Source: Dehalococcoidia bacterium
GTDB lineage: Bacteria; Chloroflexota; Dehalococcoidia; UBA2979
DNA length: 64,000 nucleotides
Assembly: GCA_965219085.1 (NCBI GenBank)
Contig: OZ244720.1
Coordinates: forward strand, 2,656,001 to 2,720,000
Direction of reading: 5' to 3'
In this document: in pieces, positions 1-9,343 of the stretch
Layout of the letters: each line of letters starts with the position of its first letter
Numbering within the stretch: position 1 is the stretch's first letter
Program-made: the position numbers and the translations under genes
Notes under the pieces: generated by a model
The model's input: the letters and a program-made list of their open reading frames with translations, nothing else
Database searches by the model: none
What the model was told of the DNA's origin: nothing

Positions 1-1044
1 GAGGCCGACGGCTACCTGTGGGAGCGCGTCAACTACGACGGCCAGCGCGGCTGGATGGCCGGCGTGTACCTCGCCCCGTTCACCGCCCCGGATGACACAG
101 AGGATGACGGGGAGGACGACGGCGACGACGCGATCGACGGTGACGAGGACGGCGAGGACACGACGCCGCCCGCGCCGCAGGAGCCGCGCGTGCTCGCGGT
201 CCCGCCGCCCGGCGGGTTCACGCTCGGACCGATCGGCGCCACGGACCTCGATGCCTTCGCGGAGGCTCAGTCGTTCGAGGTGTCCGCGATCTGGTTCTTC
301 CGGCTGGGCACGCAGGACTACGTGAGCTACATCCCCGGAGCGCCTGCATTCGTCAACACCCTCGATACCTCCTCGCTGCGGCCCGACAGCATCGTCATCG
401 TGTCGCGTCGGGGAGGCGAGGAGGGTGAGACCGTCGAGCCGCCCGCCGCGACGGACGACCCGGTCACCGGCGACGCGAACGCGCTGCCCTCGCCGCCGTC
501 CAACGGGCTGACGCTCGGCGTCTCCGGCACGAACGACCCCGCAACGCTCGCAGCCGCCCAGCCGTTCGAGGTCCGGCTCATCGCGCTGCTCGATGTGCCC
601 TCGCAGCAGTGGGTGACGTACGTCCCCGGCGCACCCGACATCGTGCAGACGCTCGGACGCGGGCAGCTGCAGCCGGACTCCGTGGTCTGGATCCGCGCGG
701 GAGCCGTGGTGGAGGTCGTGGAAACGGTTCACGCTACGCTCAGCTACTACTACTGCAACCAGGGAACACTCGCGGCGTCGATCGGTGACGGGGGCGGGTT
801 CTGCGGCGCGATGGCCAGCGGCGAGATCGTGCACGAGGGGGCCGCCGCCTGCGCCCAGCAGTTCCTGTGGCAGCGGTTCCGGGTCGTCGGCGATCCGCGC
901 GGTCTGATCTACACGTGCAAGGACACGGGCAGCGCCGTCCACGGCCATCACCGCGACATCTTTTTCCACAACAGCGACGACGGCTACCGGTGGATCGTCG
1001 AGGTCGGCTACACGGCCCAGATCGAGATTCTCGCCGACGAGTAA
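1..1044 (+). CDS. 5'-partial surface protein: SH3b-like end, acidic linker, two repeated YxPGAP domains, C-terminal 3D (MltA-like) domain
   Basis: Frame is open from base 1 (EADGYLWERVNYDGQRGWMAGVYL, SH3b-like). Repeats DYVSYIPGAPAFVNTL and QWVTYVPGAPDIVQTL. C-terminal MASGE...CKDTGSAVHGHHRDIFF resembles the 3D-domain DTG-x-DI motif. Confidence 0.65.
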   Translation, partial: EADGYLWERVNYDGQRGWMAGVYLAPFTAPDDTEDDGEDDGDDAIDGDEDGEDTTPPAPQEPRVLAVPPPGGFTLGPIGATDLDAFAEAQSFEVSAIWFFRLGTQDYVSYIPGAPAFVNTLDTSSLRPDSIVIVSRRGGEEGETVEPPAATDDPVTGDANALPSPPSNGLTLGVSGTNDPATLAAAQPFEVRLIALLDVPSQQWVTYVPGAPDIVQTLGRGQLQPDSVVWIRAGAVVEVVETVHATLSYYYCNQGTLAASIGDGGGFCGAMASGEIVHEGAAACAQQFLWQRFRVVGDPRGLIYTCKDTGSAVHGHHRDIFFHNSDDGYRWIVEVGYTAQIEILADE

Positions 1045-1113
1045 CACCCACCGCCCCGGCCTCGACGAGGGGAACCGGTGGGGCTACTGTGTGGCCGCTC
1101 GAAGGAGTTTCAC

Positions 1114-1908
1114 ATGCCTGATGTCGACCTCGACGGCGTGACCATTCACTACGAGGAAGCCGGCGACGGACCGCTCGCGTACGTCTACTGCCACGGGCTC
1201 GGCTCGAACGGCGCGATGTTCGTGCAGGAGGACCTCCCGTGGTACGCGGAGCACTTCCGCGCGATCGCCTGGGACCAGCGCGGGCTTGGCGAGTCCGGTC
1301 AGGCCGCGAAGTACTCCTTGCCGCTGTACGCGGCCGACCTCGCCAACCTGCTCGACCACCTCGAGGTCGAACAGGCGGTGGTCTTCGGCGTCTCCTGGGG
1401 CGGCTACCTCGTCCAGCGCTTCGCGCTCGACTTCCCCGAGCGCTGCGCGGCGCTCGTGATCGACTCCTCGTCGAGCGAGGTGAACGCGACGAGTTCGCAG
1501 GACTGGTACCAGCGCGGCGAATTCGCCCGCCTCGGGGCGAAGGCCCTCGCGGGGCAGAGCTTCGAAGCGGCGTTCGAGGGGCACCGCGCCCTCGATGCCT
1601 CGAACGCGCCCGAAGTGGCGCCCGAGCACGTCGACTCGTTTGTGGCGCAGGCCCGCACCATCGCCGGGACGCGCGAACACCCCCTCACCGGCGAGCTGCA
1701 CCGCATCGCCTGCCCGACGCTCGTCGTCGGCGGGGGCAACGATGTGGTGGCCGGCGCGGGCGGCTCCGTGGTGCTCGGGCGCAACATCCCCGGCGCACGC
1801 ACGGAGATCGTGCAGGACGCGGGACACGGCGTGTACCGCGACAAGCGCGAGACGTTCCGGCCGCTGTTGCTCGAATTCCTCGCCGACAACGGCCTGCTCA
1901 GCGAGTAA
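1114..1908 (+). CDS. alpha/beta-fold hydrolase
   Basis: HGLG, DQRGLGES, nucleophile GVSWG, GGND, AGHG. RBS GAAGGAG at 1101 precedes ATG 1114. Confidence 0.9.
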   Translation: MPDVDLDGVTIHYEEAGDGPLAYVYCHGLGSNGAMFVQEDLPWYAEHFRAIAWDQRGLGESGQAAKYSLPLYAADLANLLDHLEVEQAVVFGVSWGGYLVQRFALDFPERCAALVIDSSSSEVNATSSQDWYQRGEFARLGAKALAGQSFEAAFEGHRALDASNAPEVAPEHVDSFVAQARTIAGTREHPLTGELHRIACPTLVVGGGNDVVAGAGGSVVLGRNIPGARTEIVQDAGHGVYRDKRETFRPLLLEFLADNGLLSE

Positions 1909-1918
1909 GGGGTGACCC

Positions 1919-2308
1919 GTGGCGCTCGACCTGTCCAACCTCGGCGATGACGTGCTCGCGTTCCTTTCCGAGTACCACCTCGCCACGCTCACCACGCTGC
2001 GCGCCGACGGCAGCCCGCACGTCGTGCCGGTGGGGTTCAGCTACGACCCCTCGGACCGCACGGCGCGCGTGATCACGTCCGGCGGTTCGCAGAAGGCGCG
2101 CAACATCGGCGGGGGTGGATCGGCGGTGCTCGCGCAGGTCGACGGCGGGCGCTGGCTCTCGCTTGAGGGCGAGGCGCGCGTCGTACGCGACGCGGACGGC
2201 GTCGCGCGCGCCGTCGACGCCTACGCGAGCCGCTACGGCCAGCCGGGCGAGAGTTCCACTCGCGTCGGTATCGAGGTGTCGGTGACGCGGATGATGGGCA
2301 ACGCGTAG
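1919..2308 (+). CDS. PPOX-class F420-dependent oxidoreductase
   Basis: [32 protein letters not shown]; about 130 aa split-barrel size. Confidence 0.85.
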   Translation: MALDLSNLGDDVLAFLSEYHLATLTTLRADGSPHVVPVGFSYDPSDRTARVITSGGSQKARNIGGGGSAVLAQVDGGRWLSLEGEARVVRDADGVARAVDAYASRYGQPGESSTRVGIEVSVTRMMGNA

Positions 2309-2396
2309 CGGCAGAGCACCGCGGCTACGAGGTTGCGCCCCGTCAGGCGCGCCTCGCAGCCCGCTCCTCCCGGATACCCTCGCAAATCGTGCGGAA

Positions 2397-2871
2397 CTAC
2401 TGTCTCAGGTTCAGGAGTTCGAGGTCGTCACCGTCGGACAACTGCGCGATCAGTTCGCTGATCGGCCGGCTCACCTGCGCGCCGTGTCGCGGGAAGAGCA
2501 GACCGACGCGCTCGATCGCGTACTCGTCCATGCGGCGCAGGCCGGGGTCAACGCGAAGTCATGCACTTCTTGAGGCGGCTCGGGGGCAGCGCAATTGGGA
2601 TTCGGTCCGGCCTGACCACAAAGGGGACCCCTTTTCTCGCAACGAGGTCTCGCCATGGCGTGTGATCGAAGTGGTGGCGGAAGCGGTAGTCAATTGCCGT
2701 CCCGATCTGGCGATAGGCGGCGCGAGGGGCGGCATTGCCGAGGCGGATGAGCGCGGGCGCGGAGAGCGCCTCGCTACACTCGTCGAGCGCGCTGTCGGTA
2801 GTCGGGAACGTCTCGCTGAAGAACTGCCAGACCGGTGACTGCTTCTTTTCGAGTTGAGAAGTCAGGCTCAG
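2397..2871 (-). pseudogene. internally deleted remnant of a probable PD-(D/E)XK nuclease-like gene
   Basis: Manual translation gives (L)SLTSQLEKKQSPVWQFFSETFP...YRQIGTAIDYRFRHHF..., then a frame change to ...DEYAIERVGLLFPRHGAQVSRPISELIAQL...RQ*. The start position is CTG, overlapping the MFS stop. Confidence 0.5.
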
Positions 2872-4649
2872 GCGAGCCCCTCGTGCGAGAGCGTGGCCAC
2901 GGTGCGCCCGTTTGGGCCGGGGGTGTCGCCGTTCGCTGCGTGCTCGATGCGCTCAACAGGCCGCTCGACCGGCTCGGCGGCAGCGATCGCGGCGACCGGA
3001 TCCGCTGCTTCGAGGCCTGCGACGGGCTCAGGGATGTCCATCGCTGCCGCGGGCTCGGCGCCGTCCATCGCCACGATGGGCTCGGGCGCTTCGGCGGGCG
3101 CGGCAGCCTGGAAGGCGACGACGGGTTCAGCGCCTTCGATGGCCACGACGGGCTCAACGGCTTCGACCGGCCTGTCGGCCTCGATGGTAGCGACCGGTTC
3201 GGCCGCTTCGACGGCGGCGACGGGAGCCCATGTGGCGGCGACCGGCGCCGCCGCGGCCATGGCCGGGCGCATGCTCGGTACCAGCCCCCTGGCCTGCCTC
3301 GCGAGCCACGACGGCGGCGGGGCGGGGCGCGTCGAGAAGACGAAGGCGATCGAGCCGAGCCCGCCAACGAGTGCAAGGCCGATGAAGCCCGTGCGGTAGG
3401 AGCCGGTGAGGTCGTAGCTCAGCCCGGCGAGGATGGGGCCGAACACCATTCCGAGGAGGATGATCAGCGACGAGAACCCCATCACCGTCCCGAACGCCGC
3501 GCGCCCGAAGTACTCGGCCCGGATCGCCATCGTGAGTGGACCTCGGGCGCCGAACGAGAGTCCGTGGATGATCGAGAATGCGATGGCGCCCGACAACGTC
3601 GTCCACAACGTCAGCACCAGCAGCGACACCATGTGCCCGATCATCGCCACGGCGAGGATGTGGCGCATCGGCATGCGGTCGCCGAGGTAGCCCCCCACGA
3701 GCATCCCGATCACGGTCGCCACCGTGATCACGAGCAGCAGGTTCGCCGCCTGGCCCAGCGAGTAGCCGAGGCTGTCGCTGACGTACGAGACGAAGTGCAC
3801 CATCACGGCGCCGATGACGAGCAGCGAGAGGGCGTGGCCGACGGAGATGAGCCAGAAGGCGCGCGTTCGCATCGCCTCCTGCCACGTGAAGTTGATCTCG
3901 TCGGGGTCGTAGTCCTCGATCGGTCCGCCGGCGCGGAAGCCCTGGCGCGGCGGGTCGCCGTCGACGCCGTAGCCGTACTGCTCGGGGCGGTGGCGCATGA
4001 GCAAGGCGAGCGGGAGCCCAACGCCAAGCACGAGCAGCCCTGAGATGAACGATGTTTCCCGCCAGCCGATGTTCTCGAGCGCCCACGCAACGCCCGGCTG
4101 CAGGAACCCCCCGAAGGCGAAGCCAATGGTCATGATCGCCGTCGCGAGCGCTCGCTTGCGGTTGAACCAGTTCACGACTGCAACCGCGACGCCCATCATC
4201 GAGCCGACGCCCATGCCGAGCGCGATCACGATGAAGGCGATGTAGAACTCGGTGAGGGTGTTGATCTGGCTCAGCATGAAGAAGCCGATGCCGAAGATCG
4301 TGATCCCGACGAGCATGATGCGCCGCGGCCCGTACTTGTCGAGGACCCAGCCCTGGATGGGGCCGAGAAGGCCGGCTTCGACCATCTGGATGGAGAAGGC
4401 GATCGAGAGCGCCGTGCGGCTCCACCCGAACTCCTCGACGAATTCCACGACGTACAGTCCGAAGGCGTGGAACATCAGCCCGCCAAGGATGGCGTTAAGC
4501 ACGAAGCCGCCGGCGACGATATACCAGCCGAAGAAGATGCCCTTGCGCTTCGGCGGCGCGGGCGGCGGCGCCGACAGCGGCGCGAACGAGCCGTTGCCGG
4601 CGCCGACGTCGGTCGGCGTCGTGGCGTCGCGCTCGCGCGTGGCGGTCAT
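2868..4649 (-). CDS. MFS transporter with repetitive acidic C-terminal tail
   Basis: Many hydrophobic segments, motif A GWVLDKYGPR, F(F)GWYIV N-terminus, EYFGR. Confidence 0.9.
   Translation of the reverse strand: MTATRERDATTPTDVGAGNGSFAPLSAPPPAPPKRKGIFFGWYIVAGGFVLNAILGGLMFHAFGLYVVEFVEEFGWSRTALSIAFSIQMVEAGLLGPIQGWVLDKYGPRRIMLVGITIFGIGFFMLSQINTLTEFYIAFIVIALGMGVGSMMGVAVAVVNWFNRKRALATAIMTIGFAFGGFLQPGVAWALENIGWRETSFISGLLVLGVGLPLALLMRHRPEQYGYGVDGDPPRQGFRAGGPIEDYDPDEINFTWQEAMRTRAFWLISVGHALSLLVIGAVMVHFVSYVSDSLGYSLGQAANLLLVITVATVIGMLVGGYLGDRMPMRHILAVAMIGHMVSLLVLTLWTTLSGAIAFSIIHGLSFGARGPLTMAIRAEYFGRAAFGTVMGFSSLIILLGMVFGPILAGLSYDLTGSYRTGFIGLALVGGLGSIAFVFSTRPAPPPSWLARQARGLVPSMRPAMAAAAPVAATWAPVAAVEAAEPVATIEADRPVEAVEPVVAIEGAEPVVAFQAAAPAEAPEPIVAMDGAEPAAAMDIPEPVAGLEAADPVAAIAAAEPVERPVERIEHAANGDTPGPNGRTVATLSHEGLA
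2972..3225 (-). repeat. degenerate 27-bp (9-aa) coding tandem repeat
   Basis: AAVEAAEPV, VAIEGAEPV, VAMDGAEPA, AAMDIPEPV, AGLEAADPV, AAIAAAEPV. Confidence 0.75.
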
Positions 4650-4814
4650 CGCTGCGGTCCCGCCTCGCGGCGTCCGCGCGTGTGTGGACGGCTCGAAGTC
4701 AGCATGTTGTCGCCGATGATAACGCGCCGGGGCGTTGCGGTCTGAAGGCGATGCACAGGGTTCCCGGGGAGCAGGCGCAGCCTCATGGCCCGGACGACTT
4801 CCCGTGCGACGACC

Positions 4815-6134
4815 TCAACCGCTCGCGTCCTCGAGGTAGACGGTGCCGATCACCTCGTCGTCGATGAGTTGCTGGTAGCGCGCCTCGTCGATGCCGAGGA
4901 GGCCCTGCAGGATTTCGGCGTTGTGCTCGCCGAGCGTCGGCGCGGGCGTCTCGAGGTCGGCCGGGCCGCGCGCGAACTTCGCCATCTCGCCGGGGTAGAG
5001 GTAGGGGCCGATGACGGGGTGGCCGATCTCGGCGAAGAAGTCGCGGGCCAGCAACTGCGGGTCGTCGAACATGTCGGGCTGGTGGTAGACGATCGCCGCC
5101 GGTAGGCCCACCGCCTGCAGCCGCGCCATCCACTCCCCCGGCGTACGGTCCGCCGTCGCGCCCGCCACGAGCGCCTCGAGGGCGTCCTCGTTGCGCTTGC
5201 GTGCGACGACGGTCGCGAAGCGCGGGTCGCCGGCGAGCCCGGGCAGCCCGAGCTCGGTGGCGAGTGCGCCGAACGCCGCGTCGCTCGGGACGGCGATCGC
5301 GATCCACGCGTCCTCGCCGCGTGCGGGGAAGACGCCGCATGGCGCCATCGAGGGGTCGCGGTTGCCCTGCGGCTCCTGCACGCGGCGGTTGAGCGAGTAG
5401 TCCATGAAGCCGTACGAGACGTGGTGGGCGACGGCCTCCGACTGCGAGATCTCGATGAACTGTCCGCGCCCCGTGTGCTCGCGGGCGATGAGCGCGGCGA
5501 TGATCGAGAAGGCGGCGTGTGCGCCCGCGTTCGGGTCGCCGTGGAACGTCGCCGTCACCTCGGCGGGCGACTCGCCGCGGTAGCCGCGCAGCATCGTGTG
5601 GCCGGCGACGGCCTCCATCGTCGCGCCGTAGCCCTTGAAGTGGCTGTACGGCCCGCTCAGCCCGAAGCCCGGGAAGCTCGCCATCACGAGCCTCGGGTTC
5701 AACTCCGACAGCGCGTCCCAGCCGCCGAAGAGCCGGTCGACGACGCCCGCGGCGTTGTTCTCGATGTACGCGTCGGAAATGCGCACGAGGTCGAAGAACA
5801 GCTCACGGCCCGCCTCGCTGCGGAGGTCGAGCGTGACGCTCTTGTGGCCGCGCGAGGCGTAGTTGAAGGAGTTGCGGCGGTTCCAGAAGCCCTCGCTGAT
5901 GTCGCGGCGGGCGAAGCTCGCGCCCATCGGTCCCTGCGCCTGCTCCCGCGGCACGTGGCGGACGTTGCCGCGCGTGGGCGTGAAGTGCTGGATCGACTCG
6001 ATCTCTATCACCTCGGCGCCGAGGTCGGAGAGCATGAGCGTGCCGGTCGGCCCCGCCCACACGATCGCCTGCGAGAGGATGCGCACACCCGCCAGCGGGC
6101 GAGGGTCGTTGGCGGCGTCGGGCGCGGCGGCCAT
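4815..6134 (-). CDS. class III CoA-transferase (CaiB/BaiF), Asp-containing subunit
   Basis: PLAGVRIL, AGP, DLGAEVIEIE, HKSVTLDL, GFGLSGPY, FHGDPNAG, APTLGEHN. Confidence 0.92.
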   Translation of the reverse strand: MAAAPDAANDPRPLAGVRILSQAIVWAGPTGTLMLSDLGAEVIEIESIQHFTPTRGNVRHVPREQAQGPMGASFARRDISEGFWNRRNSFNYASRGHKSVTLDLRSEAGRELFFDLVRISDAYIENNAAGVVDRLFGGWDALSELNPRLVMASFPGFGLSGPYSHFKGYGATMEAVAGHTMLRGYRGESPAEVTATFHGDPNAGAHAAFSIIAALIAREHTGRGQFIEISQSEAVAHHVSYGFMDYSLNRRVQEPQGNRDPSMAPCGVFPARGEDAWIAIAVPSDAAFGALATELGLPGLAGDPRFATVVARKRNEDALEALVAGATADRTPGEWMARLQAVGLPAAIVYHQPDMFDDPQLLARDFFAEIGHPVIGPYLYPGEMAKFARGPADLETPAPTLGEHNAEILQGLLGIDEARYQQLIDDEVIGTVYLEDASG

Positions 6135-7342
6135 CAGACGATGCTCCGCTGGCGCAGGACGGCGACATCCTGCCTCGTGTAGCCGAGCTCCCCGGTCAGC
6201 ACCTCGACGGTGTGCTGGCCGAGGGTGGGCGCCGGGAGCACCTCGCCGGGCGTGTCCGACATGCGCAGCGCCAGCCCCGGCAGCACGACGTCGCCCGTGG
6301 CCGGCTGCGTGACGGTCGCGAAGAACCCGCGCTCGCCCAGGTGGGGGTCGGCGAACAAGTCCGCCATCGTGTTGAGCGCGCTCACCGGCAAGCCCTCGGC
6401 CTGGCCCTTCTCCATCGCCTCACGCTTCGTGCGCGTGCGCAACCAGTCGGTGAGCAGCGGCTCGACCACCGGAAGGAAGTCGGGATCCTCGAGGCGCCCG
6501 AGGAACGCCTCGTCGTCCGCGATGTCGGGACGGTCGATCATGCGGGCCAGGCGAGGGAAGAAGTTCGATTGCCCGGTGATCGAGACGTAGCCGTCGCTGC
6601 AGCGGAACACGCCGTTCGGCATCGCGGTGCGGAACTGGTTCACCGCGCGCGTCGACATGAGGCCGCCCGTGTACTGGTACGCGACGAGGTTGGGGCCGCC
6701 CCGGTCCATCGAGCTGGCGAGGATCTCCATCAGCGAGGCGTCGACGCGCTCGCCGCGGCCGGTGCGGCGCGACCCGAAGACGGCGCCGATGGTGTAGGTG
6801 GCGAGCACGCCGCCCGCGAGGAAGAGCGGCGCGTAGAGCCCGATCCGCGTCGGCTCGCGACCCTCGGCGCCGGTGAGCGAGAGCACGCCGCCGATGGCGT
6901 ACGCGCCGAGGTCGTCGAGCTCGAAGTCGCGGTAGGGGCCGTCCTGCCCGAAGTTGCTGAGCTGTACGAGCGCCGCCGCCGGCTGGATCGCGTCGAGGCG
7001 CTCGGCGTCGAGCCCGAGCCGCGCGAGGGCGCCCGGCCGGAACGACTCGATCACGAGGTCGGCGTTGGCCGCGAGGCGCTGGAGGATGCGCCGTCCCGTG
7101 GCGGTCGCGAGGTTGAGCGTGACACTGCGCTTGCCGCTGTTGAGCTCGAAGAACAGGCCGCTGCGGTCGGGGTGCGGGCGGTCGCCGGGGAAGGGTCCGA
7201 TCCGCCGCGTGGGGTCGCCGCCGCCGGGGCGCTCGACCTTGATCACGTCGGCGCCGTAGTCGGAGAGCAGCATGGTGGCGTAGGGAGCCGCGACCCCCTG
7301 TGTGAGGTCCAGCACGCGGATGCCGAGCAGCGGTCCGGCCAT
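6134..7342 (-). CDS. class III CoA-transferase (CaiB/BaiF), subunit apparently lacking the catalytic Asp
   Basis: PLLGIRVLDLTQ, DYGADVIKVERPGGGD, LNSGKRSVTLNL, FGQDGPY, APTLGQHT. Stop overlaps the next start. Confidence 0.9.
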   Translation of the reverse strand: MAGPLLGIRVLDLTQGVAAPYATMLLSDYGADVIKVERPGGGDPTRRIGPFPGDRPHPDRSGLFFELNSGKRSVTLNLATATGRRILQRLAANADLVIESFRPGALARLGLDAERLDAIQPAAALVQLSNFGQDGPYRDFELDDLGAYAIGGVLSLTGAEGREPTRIGLYAPLFLAGGVLATYTIGAVFGSRRTGRGERVDASLMEILASSMDRGGPNLVAYQYTGGLMSTRAVNQFRTAMPNGVFRCSDGYVSITGQSNFFPRLARMIDRPDIADDEAFLGRLEDPDFLPVVEPLLTDWLRTRTKREAMEKGQAEGLPVSALNTMADLFADPHLGERGFFATVTQPATGDVVLPGLALRMSDTPGEVLPAPTLGQHTVEVLTGELGYTRQDVAVLRQRSIV

Positions 7343-7444
7343 CGAGGCCCCCTCAACCGGTGGCCTGACGGTAGGCGGCGCGGGGCTGTCTTTCAAGCGG
7401 CGGGACGCCGTAGCCACCGGGAGCGAGGTGATCGGGGCGCGCGA

Positions 7445-7456
7445 TCGCTAGACTGC
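7445..7456 (+). promoter_or_regulatory. probable -10 element (TAGACT) for the first crotonase
   Basis: The identical 12-mer TCGCTAGACTGC recurs at 8309-8320 before the paralogue. Confidence 0.55.
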
Positions 7457-7514
7457 GCTCGTCGGAGAGCGCACGCCGGAGCGGGCGGGCGCCGTGGGCG
7501 AAGGGAGTTGCGGG

Positions 7515-8276
7515 ATGGCGGACGTGATCTACGAGAAGCGCGACTTCTACGCGCTGTTCACGATGAACCGGCCCGAGCGCCTGAACGCTCAGAGCCTCGG
7601 TCTCCAGCAGGAGATGGAGGAGGCCGTGGCCGACTTCAACGAGGACGTGCACATGCGGGTCGGCATCCTCACGGGCGCCGGCCGCGCGTTCTGCGCGGGC
7701 GCGGACCTCAAGGAGATGGCGGAACGCATCGGCGCGCAAGACGAGTCCTACACGGATTGGGACGAGACGATCTTTCTGCGGAGCCCCAAGCCGTTCATCG
7801 CGGCGATCAACGGCCTCGCCATCGGGGGCGGCCTGGAGTACGCGCTCGACTGCGACATCCGGATCTGCTCGGCGGAGGCCTACTTCGGACTGTTCGAGGT
7901 GCGTCGCGGGATCGCTGCCGGTTACGCCTGGTACCACCTGCCGCGCGTCATCGACATGGCGGCCGCGAACTACGTGCTGCTGACCGGCGAGCGCATCTCC
8001 ACGGAGCAGGCGCTGCGGTTCGGCATCGTGACGGAGGTGGTCGAGCCGGACCGCCTGATGCCGCGCGCGGTCGAGATCGCGGGGTTGATCGCGCAGAACG
8101 CGCCGCTGTCCGTGCAGGGCACGAAGGAGGTCGCGCGCACCTGGCGCACGGCCCAACTGGACGACTCGGTGCGCGTCGGCGACCTGGTGCTCGAGACGAT
8201 CATGGCCTCCGAGGACGCAATCGAGGGCCCGACGGCCTTCGCGGAGAAGCGCGAGCCGCGCTGGCAGGGTCGCTAA
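7515..8276 (+). CDS. enoyl-CoA hydratase/isomerase
   Basis: NRPERLNA, GRAFCAGADLKE, GGGLE, FGLFEV, AFAEKREPRWQGR. Confidence 0.93.
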   Translation: MADVIYEKRDFYALFTMNRPERLNAQSLGLQQEMEEAVADFNEDVHMRVGILTGAGRAFCAGADLKEMAERIGAQDESYTDWDETIFLRSPKPFIAAINGLAIGGGLEYALDCDIRICSAEAYFGLFEVRRGIAAGYAWYHLPRVIDMAAANYVLLTGERISTEQALRFGIVTEVVEPDRLMPRAVEIAGLIAQNAPLSVQGTKEVARTWRTAQLDDSVRVGDLVLETIMASEDAIEGPTAFAEKREPRWQGR

Positions 8277-8308
8277 CGTTCACGCCGCGAGGCGCTGAGG
8301 CCGCGTGT

Positions 8309-8320
8309 TCGCTAGACTGC
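8309..8320 (+). promoter_or_regulatory. probable -10 element (TAGACT) for the second crotonase
   Basis: Second copy of TCGCTAGACTGC. Confidence 0.55.
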
Positions 8321-8392
8321 TTGCGCCCGGAAGTGACGGGCCGGCGCGAACGTCGAGCAGGCGAGGGCGCTGAAGTCGGGAGGAGCTGGCGA

Positions 8393-9166
8393 ATGCCGGA
8401 CGTAATCTATGAGAAGCGTGACTTCTATGCGCTGTTCACGCTGAACCGCCCCGAGCGCCTCAACGCCCTCGGCGGCACGCTCATGTCCGAGATGGAGGAG
8501 GCGGTCGCCGACTTCAACGAGGACGTGAACATGCGGGCCGGCATCGTGACCGGCTCGGGCCGCGCCTTCTGCGCGGGCGCGGATCTCAAGGAGATGGCCG
8601 AGCGCGTCACCGGCGAGGGCCAGGCCTTCCGCGGCGGCCAGCCGCAGATGGATGGCATGGTCTACTCGCGCAGCCCCAAGCCGTTCATCGCCGCGGTCAA
8701 CGGCCTCGCTATCGGCGGCGGCATGGAGACCTCGCTCGACTGCGACATCCGCATCTGCTCGACCGAGGCGTACTTCGGCCTGTTCGAGGTGAAGCGCGGC
8801 ATCCTCGCCGGGTACGGCATGTACCACCTGCCGCGCGTCATCGGCGCGGCGGCCTCGAACTACGTGCTGCTGACGGGCGACCGCATCTCGCCGGAGCAGG
8901 CGCTGCAGTTCGGGATCGTGACCGAGGTGCTTGAGCCCGACCGGCTGATCCCGCGCGCGGCCGAGATCGCCGAGCTGATCGCGAGCAACGCGCCGCTGTC
9001 CATCCAGGGCACGAAGCAGGTCGCGCAGTCCTGGCGCAAGGCCAAGATGACCGACTCGATGGCCGTCGGCGCGCTCGTCAGCGAGAAGGTGCTCGCGTCC
9101 GAGGACTCCAAGGAAGGCCCCGTGGCCTTCGCCGAGAAGCGCGAGGCACGCTGGCAGGGCCGCTAG
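8393..9166 (+). CDS. enoyl-CoA hydratase/isomerase (tandem paralogue)
   Basis: True start MPDVIYEKRDF follows GGAGGAG inside the long 6212-9166 ORF; same motifs as the upstream copy. Confidence 0.93.
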   Translation: MPDVIYEKRDFYALFTLNRPERLNALGGTLMSEMEEAVADFNEDVNMRAGIVTGSGRAFCAGADLKEMAERVTGEGQAFRGGQPQMDGMVYSRSPKPFIAAVNGLAIGGGMETSLDCDIRICSTEAYFGLFEVKRGILAGYGMYHLPRVIGAAASNYVLLTGDRISPEQALQFGIVTEVLEPDRLIPRAAEIAELIASNAPLSIQGTKQVAQSWRKAKMTDSMAVGALVSEKVLASEDSKEGPVAFAEKREARWQGR

Positions 9167-9343
9167 CGCCCACCTCGCAGCATCGTTCGTAACGGACGGC
9201 CCGCGCCGAGAGGTGTGGGCCGTTCTGCGTCTCCGGATGCTCGCGCCCGTACCCGGTACGCGGCCCTCGCCAGTACACTACCCCGGCGGGGTATGCGGGC
9301 GGCTTGTGGCCGCGCTCAGAGGGCGCCTGTGACGCACGGAGCA

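Noticed and set aside
6212-9166. 984-aa ORF as one large fusion protein
   Set aside because: Only the last 257 aa are a crotonase with its own RBS. The rest is antisense or off-frame to real genes and is open because of high GC.
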